From positions 52,576,001-52,640,000 of the forward strand of contig OX597825.1 of NCBI GenBank assembly GCA_951406725.2: a DNA stretch of 64,000 nucleotides, in the 5' to 3' direction. Origin of the DNA: Octopus vulgaris. Taxonomy: Eukaryota. A program made the position numbers and the translations under genes. The notes below the pieces were generated by a model. The model did not search any database, was not told the origin of the DNA, and worked only from the letters and a program-made list of their open reading frames with translations. Below, in pieces: positions 1-11,944 of this stretch (positions are counted from its first letter, which is position 1; each line of letters starts with the position of its first letter).

Positions 1-467
1 CCATTTATTTATTTCTTCATTTTTGTATATTTGTTAATAGATGTGTCGCTATGTTATTGACAGCAATTTAGTTAAAGATAAACATGAAGTAATTTGCATA
101 TAAATTGTAAAACTACTCTTGTTTATATACTGCCCACCTGAATAACTTTGCTGTCTGAAGCCTATCAAAACATGAAAGCTTGTGTGAATGGAAAATTATG
201 GTTAATGTTTGTCAATAGAAAATAATCACGTAATTATGTGACATTGATTATAATTATTGAAGAATCTATTCTGTGTAATATTTACATGTACAGTTTAGAA
301 AACTATAGCTGGCAGGAGATAATAAATTGAACGCTCAATGTTAATATAATATATATATTGTGTGTGAATCTTTTATATAATTAGTTCAGGATTGTGTTTA
401 GATTTTGTTGGCAACTAAATTAAATTGAATAAATGTTGAGAGAATCAAATGCCATAATTACTTCTGC

Positions 468-716
468 ATAGTACAGTATCAGAAATAGAAAGATTGGCTT
501 ATAGTCATTAAACTTATATATAGTACAGTATCAGAAACAGAGATAGACCCATAGCCATTAAAGTTCTATATATACTGAATCAGAAATATAGAGACACACC
601 TAAGGCCATTAACTTCTATAGAGTACAGTTTCAGAAATGCATATACAGACTTATAGCCATTAAAGTTTTGTATTGTGCAGTATCACACATGCTAAGACAG
701 ATGCATAACCATTAAA
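468..716. repeat. Degenerate ~51-bp minisatellite, about 5 units
   Basis: The motif GTACAGTATCAGAAA...ATAGCCATTAAA recurs at ~471, 523, 572, 623 and 675 (period 49-52 bp). Confidence 0.8.
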
Positions 717-1342
717 CACCTTTCTTACTATCAGATGTCAGATATTGAAACACAGATCAACAATCATTAAATTTCAGTTTGGTTGTGAGGTACTTCAATA
801 TCAGTTGAGAATGTATTTATGGAGAAATGCAGGTATCCTCTAGCTGGAGAAACAATTCCTCTCCTAGTGAAGCTGATTGATTGACTCCTGGGTGACAGTG
901 ATGCAAACATAAACAAAGAGAGCCTACATCTTATATTTACAGCCACATCATATGTCCTATGAGAACCTTGAGGATGAATACATGGCTGAAAAAGACAGAG
1001 ACATGATAGGCTACCAATGCCAAGTTGGACACCAAGCAGAGGCAAAAGAACTTCATGCAAAATCTTATAGCCTGTTAGTGTCACTGGAAATGATATTGCT
1101 GGTGATTTTCTCACACAAATGAATGGTGGCACTCTTCCATACCAGATCATCTTATTTGGCTTCCAGGTACTCTTGGTTGGCTTTTGGGAGAATGAGTGAA
1201 CCAAAAATGCAGGTATCATCCATGGGAGTCAGCCAAATTTTGTTCAAGACAGATCATAATGCCACATCATCATCATCAAATTGATTACCCTTTTAATTCA
1301 AATTTAAATTTATCTTGAGTCCATGGAACAATAAGCCTAGTG

Positions 1343-1612
1343 TAGGTTAATGAAATCACAGATTGATAAGGATTAATGTGATTGATAGGGATTAAAGCAA
1401 TTAATTGTAATTAATGAGATTGATCAGGGTTTATGAAATTGATGGAGGTTAGTGAGATTGTTTGAGGTTAATGAGATCCCTTCATGTTAATGAGGTTAAT
1501 GATATACAAGATAGCAAGTTTGTTAGAGATTTTGAGAGCACTGAAACTGATAGAGGTTAATGAAATAGAGGTTAATGTATCAAGGGTTAATGATATTGAT
1601 AGAGATTAAAGA
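1343..1612. repeat. Degenerate ~19-21-bp tandem repeat (GAGGTTAATGAGATTGATA-like)
   Basis: Variants of GGTTAATGAGATTGATAG repeat more than ten times. Confidence 0.7.
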
Positions 1613-2231
1613 GAAAATTCCTTGATATTTCTCTCTATACTTCTCTCCATAACTCTTCATTCAGTTAACACCTCTCACTTATAACATTAAGAAATTAAAA
1701 TAAAATACCATATTTACACACCACCCCTCAAGGGACAAAAACTACTGTTCAAGGAATGTCTGGAAGGGGAAAAGAATTTAACAGCTGCTATTACCAAAAG
1801 TGTGGAAGAAGTAAATCCAAAAGAACTAGTCTTTAGTGATGTAATAGTTCTAATAATTAAAAGAAAATATATAACAGCTACTTCAACAACCATTCCATTC
1901 AAGAATTCAATGTTACCATAAATATCCCTTAAGAAACTGTGTCTTTTACAGCTCACCTCAATCCAATTCTAAGCAGCACCAATATTCTTCCATATATCTA
2001 CCATTTCTTTCTCACTAGACCATTTCTGAAACTGAAGGATTAAATATTCTTCTCTAAAATCATATCCCATTGGAATGCAGCACTTTCTCTTATGTTCTTC
2101 AGTATTCCAATAATCTTGCAAAGCAAAATTTTCTATGTAACAAGCACAACATTCTTGCCACCATTTCAATCCAATTTTCTGCTCTATATTGAATTCCTCA
2201 GGCAATAGCAGTAGACAGTATTCCCTTGTTG

Positions 2232-2635
2232 TGCACACGCATACATGCACACACACGCGCACACACGCACACATGCATACACACACACACACACACACAT
2301 CTGCAATTTGTATGTGAATGTGAGTACACACAGGGTATATACATATGTTCACAATTATGTGTGTGTATATATGTGCATGTGTGTGTGTGCGTAATTGTAT
2401 ATGTGTAAGATTGCATATACATTATAACATTACTTATGTATATGTATTTATATGTATATATGTATGCATGTATATATATATATATATATAAATACATACA
2501 CGCATATACACACAAATACATATATAAAGATATACATGCATGTATATATATATGTATGTATATATATGTATATATATATATAAATATGCACACACGCACG
2601 CACACACGTCTGTATACATAAATACACACATACAT

Positions 2636-2674
<39 letters not shown>

Positions 2675-2828
2675 TTCACTACACACACAGGGGAACAACA
2701 CTTAGTACAGACACTTGTATATTTATGCATGCTTTTTAATTTTATCTATGTAGACATTTTACGAATGAGTGCATATGCATAACTGCACATTTGTATATAT
2801 TATATCTGTATGTGTGTGTGTGTGTATC

Positions 2829-2883
<55 letters not shown>

Positions 2884-2955
2884 TCACACATGTATGTGTT
2901 TATATGCACACATGCACATACATGCAGAAATGCCTACATACTTGTATGAATATAT
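2232..2955. repeat. Compound (CA)n/(TG)n/(TA)n microsatellite field
   Basis: Dinucleotide runs are directly visible and produce the spurious HT/YI/CV ORFs. Confidence 0.95.
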
Positions 2956-3336
2956 CGATTAAACTGACATCATTAAATCACTTGCTCTCAATCTTTTCCA
3001 AATTCCTCACTTTCTCAGAACGGTAATTAAATCCAAAGACAGGAATTCTTTGTAGAATTAAAACCAGCAAGGAATAGTGCAAATCAAATCCCATGAAAAG
3101 GCTTACACATAGCCTCGAGTAGAAGTTAATGAAATTAATTGAATACACAGAGAGGTGTCTGTGTGTCTTTGGTACTGTTTATGGCTTCCAGTTGGTTACT
3201 TTAAAGAAGAAACGTTGTTACTTTCCATTTCTTTGGTAACATCAGTTTTATGGTGCAACATTTGCTAACGATCTTAACGTTACAGCACTTAGTCTTTAAC
3301 AGTTGACCTACTAGTCTAATCTTTAGCTAATTAGCT

Positions 3337-3372
<36 letters not shown>

Positions 3373-3429
3373 AGAATTTGCCATCTAAGGTTTATGATAA
3401 TGGCGATGATGATAGTAATCATAATAATG

Positions 3430-3640
3430 TTTTCAAATTGTGGCACAAAACCAGTAATTTTCAGAGGTGGTGTTTGTCTGTTATGTCAACTCCAGCACTT
3501 GGCTGGTACTTCATTCTATTGACCCCTTAAAAGGATGAAAAGCAAAGCTAACTTTGGCAGTATTTGAAATCAGAACATAGAAGAACAGATGTTAAGTATT
3601 TTGTCCCATGAACTAACAATTTTGCCAAGTTCACCACAAT
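3430..3640 (-). mobile_element. tRNA-derived SINE with Meta(MESC)-like central domain (family S1), degraded
   Basis: The minus strand shows a B-box-like segment followed by GCTTTTCATCCTTT...GGGGTCAATAGAATGAAGTACCAG; it is homologous to many other copies in the window. Confidence 0.7.
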
Positions 3641-3659
3641 AATAATGATAAACACCATT

Positions 3660-3694
<35 letters not shown>

Positions 3695-3875
3695 TTAACG
3701 TCCATTTTTCGTACTGGCATGGGTTGGATAGTTTGGCCAAAAACTGTTAAGATGCAGTGCTGCTCCAGGTTCCAATCTGATTTGGCATGCTTTCTATAGC
3801 TGGATGCCTTTCCTAATGCCAACCACTCCATGAGTGTAGTGGGTGATTTTTATGTGCCACCAGTATGGGTGCCAG
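3660..3875 (-). mobile_element. RTE-LINE-type 3' tail fragment ending in (GAT)n
   Basis: The minus strand has GGTTGGCATTAGGAAAGGCATCCAGCTATAGAAA...GGACGTTAAATGATGATG. A degraded version of this tail ends the RTE relic at 55200-56690. Confidence 0.7.
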
Positions 3876-3914
3876 TTACGTAACACTGGTGGAGGCCACA
3901 ACTATGATCTCAAT

Positions 3915-4056
3915 AATGATTTCAGATTTTGGCAGGAGGCCAGCAACTTCAAGGGAGTAGGTCAATTACATCGATGCTGGTTCTCAACTGGTACTTATTT
4001 TATCAACCCTGAAATAATGACAAGTAAGGTTGACTTAGGCGGAATTTGAACTCAGA
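3915..4056 (-). mobile_element. SINE S1 fragment
   Basis: It contains ACTGGTACTTATTTTATCAACCC...GGCGGAATTTGAACTCAGAA, shared with other S1 copies. Confidence 0.7.
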
Positions 4057-4086
4057 AGGTGGTGGTGGTGGTGGTGGTGATGGTGG

Positions 4087-4141
<55 letters not shown>

Positions 4142-4142
4142 A

Positions 4143-4699
4143 ATGCCTTGATGCAATACAAGACAGTAGCTCACATGACTTCTGATCTTAACTGATTGGA
4201 AGGGTTAGCATGTATAAATTTTGCCTTGATGTAAAAGATGGACTACAGCTAGTATTCTGTTCAATACCATTGATTTGCTTGTCACTTGCCTGACCTTAAC
4301 TAGTTGAGTATGTCACTTATTGGCTGACAATATGTGCTTCTCTGATCATGAGCAGGAGTAGTGGGGAAGCATCATAACTATGCATTCGGAGGAATTCTTT
4401 GGTGTTTATAATTCATTCCTGGAAACAAGGGTGTTTTGTTCAACATCCTTAAAGAACCGTTATTCAGCAACCTTTCCAGTGGGATGGCAATTCAACCAGG
4501 AGAAAATTGGAACTGGGCTTCATCTGCAAGGTCATGCATTGTTTATCTTGATATAAGATCACCATGTCATGCTTGCACATATGGTTGTGATCCATGTGCC
4601 TGGTGTACTCTTATCTGACACGTAGTCATGGTGGATGTATCGAGTTATGAACATTTTTACCCTAGTATCACTTTGATGGTATGTACCTCTCTCTCACTA
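4143..4699. mobile_element. ~560-bp non-coding, (AAT)n-associated interspersed element (family X), full-length diverged copy
   Basis: It is homologous along its length to 44164-44720, begins ATGCC(C/T)TGATGCA and ends CTCACT(C/A)A followed by (AAT)n. I found no long ORF. Confidence 0.85.
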
Positions 4700-4739
4700 A
4701 ATAATAATAATAACAACGACAACAACAACAATAATAATG

Positions 4740-4775
<36 letters not shown>

Positions 4776-4816
4776 GTAATAATAATAGTAATAATAATAG
4801 TAATAATAATAATAAT

Positions 4817-4865
<49 letters not shown>

Positions 4866-4894
4866 GTAATAATAATAGTAATAATAATAATAAT
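4700..4894 (+). repeat. (AAT)n microsatellite, target site of the Dong-like LINE
   Basis: Directly visible trinucleotide tract. Confidence 0.95.
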
Positions 4895-7800
4895 CTCAAC
4901 GATCCTATGTGGTGTAAAGATTAGAAAACGGCAACAGTCCCACAAAAAGCCTTCTTGGCAAGAGCGTCTGCAACAACAAATTAAAATATTTAGATCTGAC
5001 ATTGAATATTTGAAAAACCGTAAGGCTCACAAGATTACCAAACCTACAAAACCCAAAAATTACTGAAAAAATACAATATGAAAACTATACTTGATATTGA
5101 TGCCACCATAGAAACCATCAAACAAAAGGTATCTGCCAAAGCTGCCCGCATAGCGAGGTATGAAAAGCGTGTTAGATTTTTCAAGGACAACAACATGTTC
5201 AAAAATAACACCAAGAATTTTTACAGGAAGATAGGAAAAACAGCGTTTACTGCAGGGTCTGTACCATCAAAAGAAGAAGTGCAGAGATTTTGGAATAAAA
5301 TCTGGGCAGAAGAAAAAACACACAACGAAAAGGCCCCCTGGATTGACAGAATATCTACAGAACTGGACCCCTTAGAAGAGCAAAAGTGGGAGGGTGTCAA
5401 GGTAGAAGATATAAGATCTGCTCTCAGGAGGTCAAGCAAATGGAAGTCTCCAGGAAAGGATAAAATTCCTAACTTCTGGCTGAATGCCTTCCCAGAGAGC
5501 CATGAACTGCTAACAGAACTGTACAATGATGTTTTGCAACACCCTAGTAGGATGCCTCCTTGGCTAGTTAATGGGTTAACATTCCTGCTTCCAAAAAGTG
5601 AAGAAACAAATGAACCAAAAACTATAGACCCATAACCTGCTTAACAACTATGTACAAAACACTAACATCTGTCCTGACGGAATATACCTATAGTTTTTTA
5701 ACAGACAGCAGCATATTCCCTAATGAACAGAAAGGATGTAAACGTGGATCCTACGGCTGTAAAGACCAACTACTCATCAATAAGATGATCTTAGAAGATT
5801 GTCACAAACGACACAAAAACTTATCAATAGCCTGGATAGACTATAAAAAGGCTTTTGATAGCCTACCACATAGCTGGATTAGGAAATGCCTTGAAATGTA
5901 TAAGATAGCACCAACTCTGCGAAACTTCTTGACTGTAAGTATGAGATCATGGAGAACCACACTAACTCTGAACAGTGACAGTGAGTCCCTAAATGCTGGT
6001 GATGTAAAAATTTCGTGTGGCATTTTCCAGGGTGACTCACTGTCACCACTCCTCTTTTGTTTATCCTTAATACCTCTCTCAAAGCTGCTCAATGACGCGC
6101 AGTACGGGTATAAAATGTTTGATAAAAATATAAATCATCTCGTTTACATGGATGATTTAAAGCTTTTTGCAAAAAATGATCAACAACTCAAGGGCTTACT
6201 AGCGATAGTCAAACAATTCAGTGACGACATCAGAATGCAATTCGGCCTCGATAAATGTGCAAAGGCTACCTTTATCAAAGGAAAAATGACAGAAACATCT
6301 AACGTTAACCTTGACCAACAGAATGTCATAAAAGAACTAGACCCAGCGGAGAGCTACAAGTACCTAGGGATAATTGAAGGGAACGGAATAAGGCATTCAG
6401 AGATGAAGGAAAGGATCAGGAGAGAATGCTATCGAAGAGTGAGAGCAATACTCAAGACAGAGCTGAATGCAAGAAACAGGATCGAAGCAATCAATGCATT
6501 AGCTATACCAGTCGTGACTTACAGTTTCAATATTGTTAACTGGTCAATTACTGAAATATGTCAGCTCGACAGAAAAATAAGGAAACTGTTGACAATGCAT
6601 AGAATGCACCACCCTAAGGCAGATACAGAACGACTCTATCTGCCAAGAAAAGAGGGAGGCCGTGGTCTTTTGCAACTGGCAATAACAATGAAGATTGCTA
6701 CAATTGGCCTAGACACCTACCTGAAAAACTCTGAGGACTGGATGCTAAAACTTGTCTCAAAACATGAAAACAAGAAAGCATCATACTCAGTCACAAAACA
6801 GGCAAAGGAATATCTAAGTGAATTCCGAATACAACCAATTTCGGAATTAGAGATAGATATACAAGAAACAAGCACAGAAAAAGCTAGGCGCATGAAAACC
6901 CGTGCCAAAACGGCGGCCTTAGATATTCTGAATAATAAATGGCAAGAAAAACCTCTCTATGGCAAATACCCAAAGAGAGCGAATAATGCAGATATCGACA
7001 AAGCCCTGACCCATCAATGGCTAATGGCCTCTGGCTTAAAATCTGAAACAGAGGGGTTTATCATAGCAGCTCAAGATCAATGCTTACCAACAAGAAACTA
7101 CCAGGCCAACATATTAAAGATCAGAAGCAGTCCAACGTGTCGTGTATGCAAGCAACAAAATGAAACCATTGACCATGTGGTCTCCAAGTGCAGTCTTCTA
7201 GCGCCAACAGGCACGATAGAGCTGCACAATATATTCACTGGGTAATCTGTAAAAACCTGGATTTGCCCCATGAAAAAAACTGGTGGGAACACAAACCACC
7301 CCCAGTGCTTGAAAATGACCACATCTCACTCCTCTGGAACTTCACCATTCAAACTGACAGGAAGATAGATGCAAATAGGCCAGACATCATATTGAAAAAC
7401 TTCAAACAAAGAACATGCCTCCTCATTGATATGACTGTCCCAATCGATATAAACGTATCTGTCAAGACCTACCAAAAACTGAGCAAATATAAAGATCTTG
7501 AAATAGAAATCAGCAAAATGTGGAAGCTGAAGACTAAAACAATACCTGTTGTCATAGGTGCCCTGGGAATGATAGCAAAAGGGGCTGATAGCTACCTAAC
7601 TCAGATACCAGGAAACCCAAAAATGGCAGAAGTTCAAAAGATAGTGCTCATGGGAACTGCTCATATCCTACGCAAAATACTCTCTATGTAATCTCAAGGT
7701 TTAAAACAAACATAATTTTCGGTTTAAAAAAAAAAAAAAAAAAAAACCCCTTTTTTTTTTTTAGACATTCATTAGTACAACATCCCCACCCCCCAAATAT

Positions 7801-7912
7801 ATGGCACACTAGGCATAACAACAACATGAACTTCCAACCCTGTTGTCTCTTGAGGTCTCTGGGTGAGACTTGGAGCCAACTTGTACAAATATAAAGCAAA
7901 AGTCAAACATAG
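4895..7912 (+). mobile_element. R4/Dong-clade non-LTR retrotransposon, young, 5'-truncated, flanked by (AAT)n
   Basis: RT motifs: KSPGKD, IDYKKAFDS, GIFQGDSLSPLLF, YMDD, YKYLG. It also has a CRVC...H..SKC zinc knuckle, RHD and the RLE motif NRPDI...IDMTVP...KLSKY. The 3' UTR ends directly in (AAT)n. Dong/R4 elements are known to target TAA repeats. Confidence 0.95.
5078..7691 (+). pseudogene. Frameshifted RT-CCHC-RLE polyprotein of the R4/Dong element (ORF pieces 5078-5635, 5650-7245, 7188-7691)
   Basis: The three ORF-track segments join into the canonical R4 domain order. Breaks lie at ~5060 and ~5620 (both at A-runs) and ~7208 (short deletion just before RHD). Confidence 0.9.
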
Positions 7913-7931
7913 AATAATAATAATAATAATA

Positions 7932-8269
7932 AGTGGGGGAGCATCATAGCCATGTGTTGAGAGGGATTCTTTGGGGTTTGAATAATTCACCTCTGGAAAC
8001 ATGGGTGGTTCTTTCAACATCCTTAAACAACCCTTATTCAGGGACCTTTTGAGCGGGATGGGCTACTCAACCTGAAGAAAATTCTAACTGGGCCCCATCT
8101 GCAAGGTCATGTGCTGTTTATCTTGATATGAGATCACCATGTCGCGCACATATGGTTGTGATGCATGTGCCTGGTGTACCTTTATCGGACGGGTAGTCAT
8201 GATGGGTATATTGGGCTTCGTATATTTTACCCCTGTGTCACTTTGATGGCATGAACTGCTCTCTCACTC

Positions 8270-8270
<1 letters not shown>
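7932..8270. mobile_element. Family X element, right-hand 340 bp only, young
   Basis: It differs from the matching part of 44164-44720 at about 6 positions by eye and lies between (AAT)n tracts. Confidence 0.9.
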
Positions 8271-8311
<41 letters not shown>

Positions 8312-8313
<2 letters not shown>

Positions 8314-8530
8314 TCAGAAGGCATCAAGAGGAATATAAAGGAAATTGGAATAGAGTTCTTAGTAGAACTGTTATAAAAGGTTTACCTCCTTGGCACAGCC
8401 ATAATAATCAGGAAAGTATCAAATATTTGAAAAGAACAGATAACATAGTTCTGTAGGCTGCAGGCAGCAAGCCTGCTACACATGCAAGACTCCAGGAGTT
8501 CCAACAAAACTTGAGTTAAAAAAGAACAAT
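8312..8530 (+). mobile_element. 3'-terminal fragment of a Dong-like LINE
   Basis: It translates as IKEIGIEFLVELL*KVYLLGTAIIIRKVSNI*, the R4 C-terminal LGTA.I.R.VL motif, followed by a 3' UTR and (AAT)n. Confidence 0.75.
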
Positions 8531-8571
8531 TAATAATAATAATGATGATAACAATAATAGTGATATTAATA

Positions 8572-9160
8572 ATTTCAAATTTTGGCATAAGGCCAGAACT
8601 TTTGAAGGAAGTGGGTAAGTCAATTAGAGTGACTTCAATACTTGACCAGTACTTTATTCTATCAATGCTGAACAGACAAAAGACAAATTTGACCTTGACA
8701 ATACTTAAACTGAAGAGTTGGAAGAAAGCATTTTGTTCAACCCAGTGACAATTCTGCCTGTTCACCACCTTATTAATATTAGCAACAACAATGGTTCTGA
8801 TTTAGGCACAAGGCCTGTAATTTCACAGGAAGAGGTTTAGTCGATGACAGCAACCTCAGTACTTTACTGGTACATAATTTCATTGAGCCTGTGGTGGTGA
8901 AAGGCAAACTTGGTCTCAGCAGGATTTGAACTCATAATGTAAAAATTGGAACGAATGCCACAAAGTAATAATTTTCTGTTCTAATAATTCTGCTTGCTCA
9001 CTGCCTTGTAATAAGGTGGCTGCTTTAGGCAAAAAGCCAGCAATATTAAAGGATGAGGAGTAGTTTTGGCCCCATCAACCCCTGTACTTGTCTCATGCTT
9101 TATTTTACTGACCCTGAAAAAATAAAAGGCAAATTTGTCCCCAGCAAGATTTCAACTTCA
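8572..9160 (-). mobile_element. Three tandem SINE S1 copies (~8572-8772, 8790-9008, 9020-9160)
   Basis: Each carries a GGCA(C/T)AAGGCC...GTACT...AAAGGCAAA...GATTTGAACTC variant. Confidence 0.7.
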
Positions 9161-9659
9161 CTGGTTGTGGCTGAAAGTCACAAACTAAGCATTTGTATAG
9201 CAATTAAATAAATCACTAGACTTGACTGCTATCTGCTAGTTTGATCTCAGAAAAAAGAATGTTAAAGTTAGCCTTGAGATGGGTTTGATCTCAGAAGTAA
9301 TACAGCTATCATATAATTTTAATTAGACCATACCAGTTAATCAGTTAATGACAATAATATGAAAAATCAAACATTTGGGGCTAGTGTGTAGTTTGAGCTG
9401 TTGAGCCAAATATTTCAATGGTAATTATTTTAATAATTCTGTTATTAAATGAGTCAAATGGAGACAATGTTCTGCAACCTGCCAGAGGTATGAACCAAAT
9501 CTTTAAATCACTTGTTTTTTTTTAAGACATAGAGAAAACATTAGTTGATATTAGTCCTGGATGCAAACTACTTAGCAAAGAGATGGAACACTTTTGATTG
9601 CTGAGCTGCTGGGGTATACTTCACTTGTAACAGATTTCTTTTCTTGATGCAAATATACA

Positions 9660-9790
9660 AGTAATAGCTGTATGGCTAAGAGGTTCATTTCACAACCATG
9701 TTTCTTCAGGTTCAATTCCACAGTATGGTACCTTGAGTATGTGTCTTCCACTATAGTCTTGGATGGAACAAGGTCTTGAGACTGATATAA
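9660..9790 (+). mobile_element. 5' part of a CORE-like tRNA-SINE (family S2)
   Basis: An A-box-like TAGCTGTATGG and B-box GGTTCAATTCC are followed by ACCTTGAGTATGTGTCTTC, matching the ACCTTGGGCAAGTGTCTTC motif of other S2 copies. Confidence 0.6.
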
Positions 9791-11882
9791 GGTAAACAGA
9801 AACAAAGAAGACACACATAAGGAATTTCATTCTTGATCTTGGATGGCAGATTCAGTGTTGCCTGCTTTGATGTCACCACTGGGTCATGGGAATCCTTGCT
9901 TAAACTGAGTTCACACAATTGTAAGCTTTGAAGGTAAGTCTCTGGTCTGAGGATAACTTCCATCTTTTCACGTCTGACCAATCATCATCGTCAACTCCAC
10001 CCCCATCATCATTACTGTCATCCTTCTTTTCCTTATGATCTTCCTCTGCTTGCACCATTAAAAAGTAGAAAACATAAAAACACTTCAGAGGAATAGAGAT
10101 GACAACCAACACTAAGTATATGTCATATTTTCTTTTAATTACTACAAATTTGACATAAATCCTCCACACATCTAACTCTCTCCCCCACTTCCTGTCTCTC
10201 TACTCTATCTCTTACATAATCCAACCCATAACTTGCACAGTTACAGTATCTCCTCCTCCTCCTCCCCACCACTTCCTCCTCCTCTTAACAGCAGCAATTG
10301 AGATGCATTTCACATTGCTACTCCAGCAATCACCATTCTCCATTAGCTTTGGTAGTTCCTCAGTTTTATGTTGTGGGTCTTGGCCAACAAATCCCACTAT
10401 ATTCAAGGGATATAAGTCCTTTATTAGGGTGCAAAAGCTGCTGAAATATGGTCTGTTCTTCACAGCATGAGAGCAGTAGCCAAGGAAGATCCTAAAATAT
10501 ATATTTTTTAATCTGCATTGCCTACTTGGATTATTCCACAAACACTAAAATATATTCTTTCCCTGTCATATACCTCTTTGGATTATTCCACAAACGCATT
10601 AAAATATATTAACTGTCATTAAACTCAAAATGCTAAAATCAGAGTCAGCGAAAAATTAATTTTTATTCTCTTCCTAGTTTTATCCATTTTTGTTTCTAAT
10701 TGAAGAACAAATAATTTTTGTTTTGATTTTTTTGTTTTGTTTTAATGTTTAGAATTAAGGAGAGAATGATGTGTTGGTGGGGTGGTGGGGTGATTGTGGA
10801 GAAAAAGTAATTTTATTTGCATTGTTTCTGTTTAGAAATTCTATTTGAAAGTCTCTGTTTCTCTACAATGCAACAATTTAAACAATTTTACCATTGTTTT
10901 TAGAGGCTGAGCTAAACTTTTACCCTTTTAAATGAAATTACTTGTTCAGAAAAAAATCATTTTTTTTGTAGGAATATGAAATCTTGTTGCATTTTGGATT
11001 AATGAGAAGCATAATGCAATTATAAATATTAACTTCCCCCTTCCCTCTTCCTAACATAGTTCATCATTTATGCTCTTTGGATAAACAAATATTTGGAAAT
11101 AACAAAACAAAATAAAGAACAGAATATTTGAAAATATTGGCACCAAGTGAAAAAGAAAAATGTGTTCAAATAGTTATCAACAATAAAGTTTCAATGTTAA
11201 AACAGATATTACAATGACAACAGTGTTGTTGCTTTTACGAGGTTTTCTGTTAATGGTGGATGACCTACAGACTTTCACATCCGATCATCTTTCATGGCAC
11301 CAGCAATCACATCAACACCATTGCCATCAACGCCAACACCACCATCGCAATCAGTTTCTTTATATTACAACCTATAGAAGTAGGGTACATTATTTGACAG
11401 GCACAGACTGGTGATAAGTTCCATCCATGTATCATGAGTCTGCAATGAAAGCTCAGTGCTTTCATCCCCTTCTCCTTATACTCATGACTCCATCCATTTG
11501 TTAATAAGATAGAGTGTGTGTCTGAGTGTGTTCGTGTGTGTGTATGTGTGTGTGGGAGAGAGAAAGCAAGAGAGAGTGAGAGAAAGAAATAGAGAGATAG
11601 AAAAAGAGGTTAGGACATTTGTTTTGTAATGCAGAAATGAGGTATGTCATAATAATGACCCCCCACAACATGCTAAGAAGTTTATAATGACTATTTCCAT
11701 GCATATTATTCCAAACAAGTATACCAGTCATTATCTGGTGCTCCCACATGACCATTCTATTGATAGGACAACAGGAAAGCAAAAATTGGGTGAAGGTTGT
11801 GTGTCATGTCACAGATACTGCACTGTACCCAGGGTTAAAACACTGTACTTGTAGTGGCCAAACACATATAAACATAAGTATC

Positions 11883-11934
<52 letters not shown>

Positions 11935-11944
11935 GTAATAATAA

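Noticed and set aside
468-716. Regularly spaced repeats resembling a CRISPR array
   Set aside because: The whole unit is homologous and degenerate, with no identical repeats and unique spacers; the context is eukaryotic and has no cas genes.
767-1250. 150-aa minus-strand ORF / possible RTE C-terminal relic on +
   Set aside because: No diagnostic motif could be read with confidence in any frame.
1714-2352. Protein-like minus-strand ORFs (EEFNIEQKIGLKWW...)
   Set aside because: There is no recognisable family motif or clear splice signal; it may be a decayed transposon but I cannot assign it.
2198-3026. Many 60-185 aa ORFs rich in HT/YI/CV (also at 21.8-23.1, 33, 42, 53-55 and 63 kb) and poly-N/I/L ORFs (4.6-5.0 and 38.5 kb)
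   Set aside because: They are translations of di- and trinucleotide microsatellites.
10526-10625. Two-copy ~51-bp direct duplication (TTGGATTATTCCACAAAC)
   Set aside because: It looks like an ordinary local tandem duplication with no further structure.
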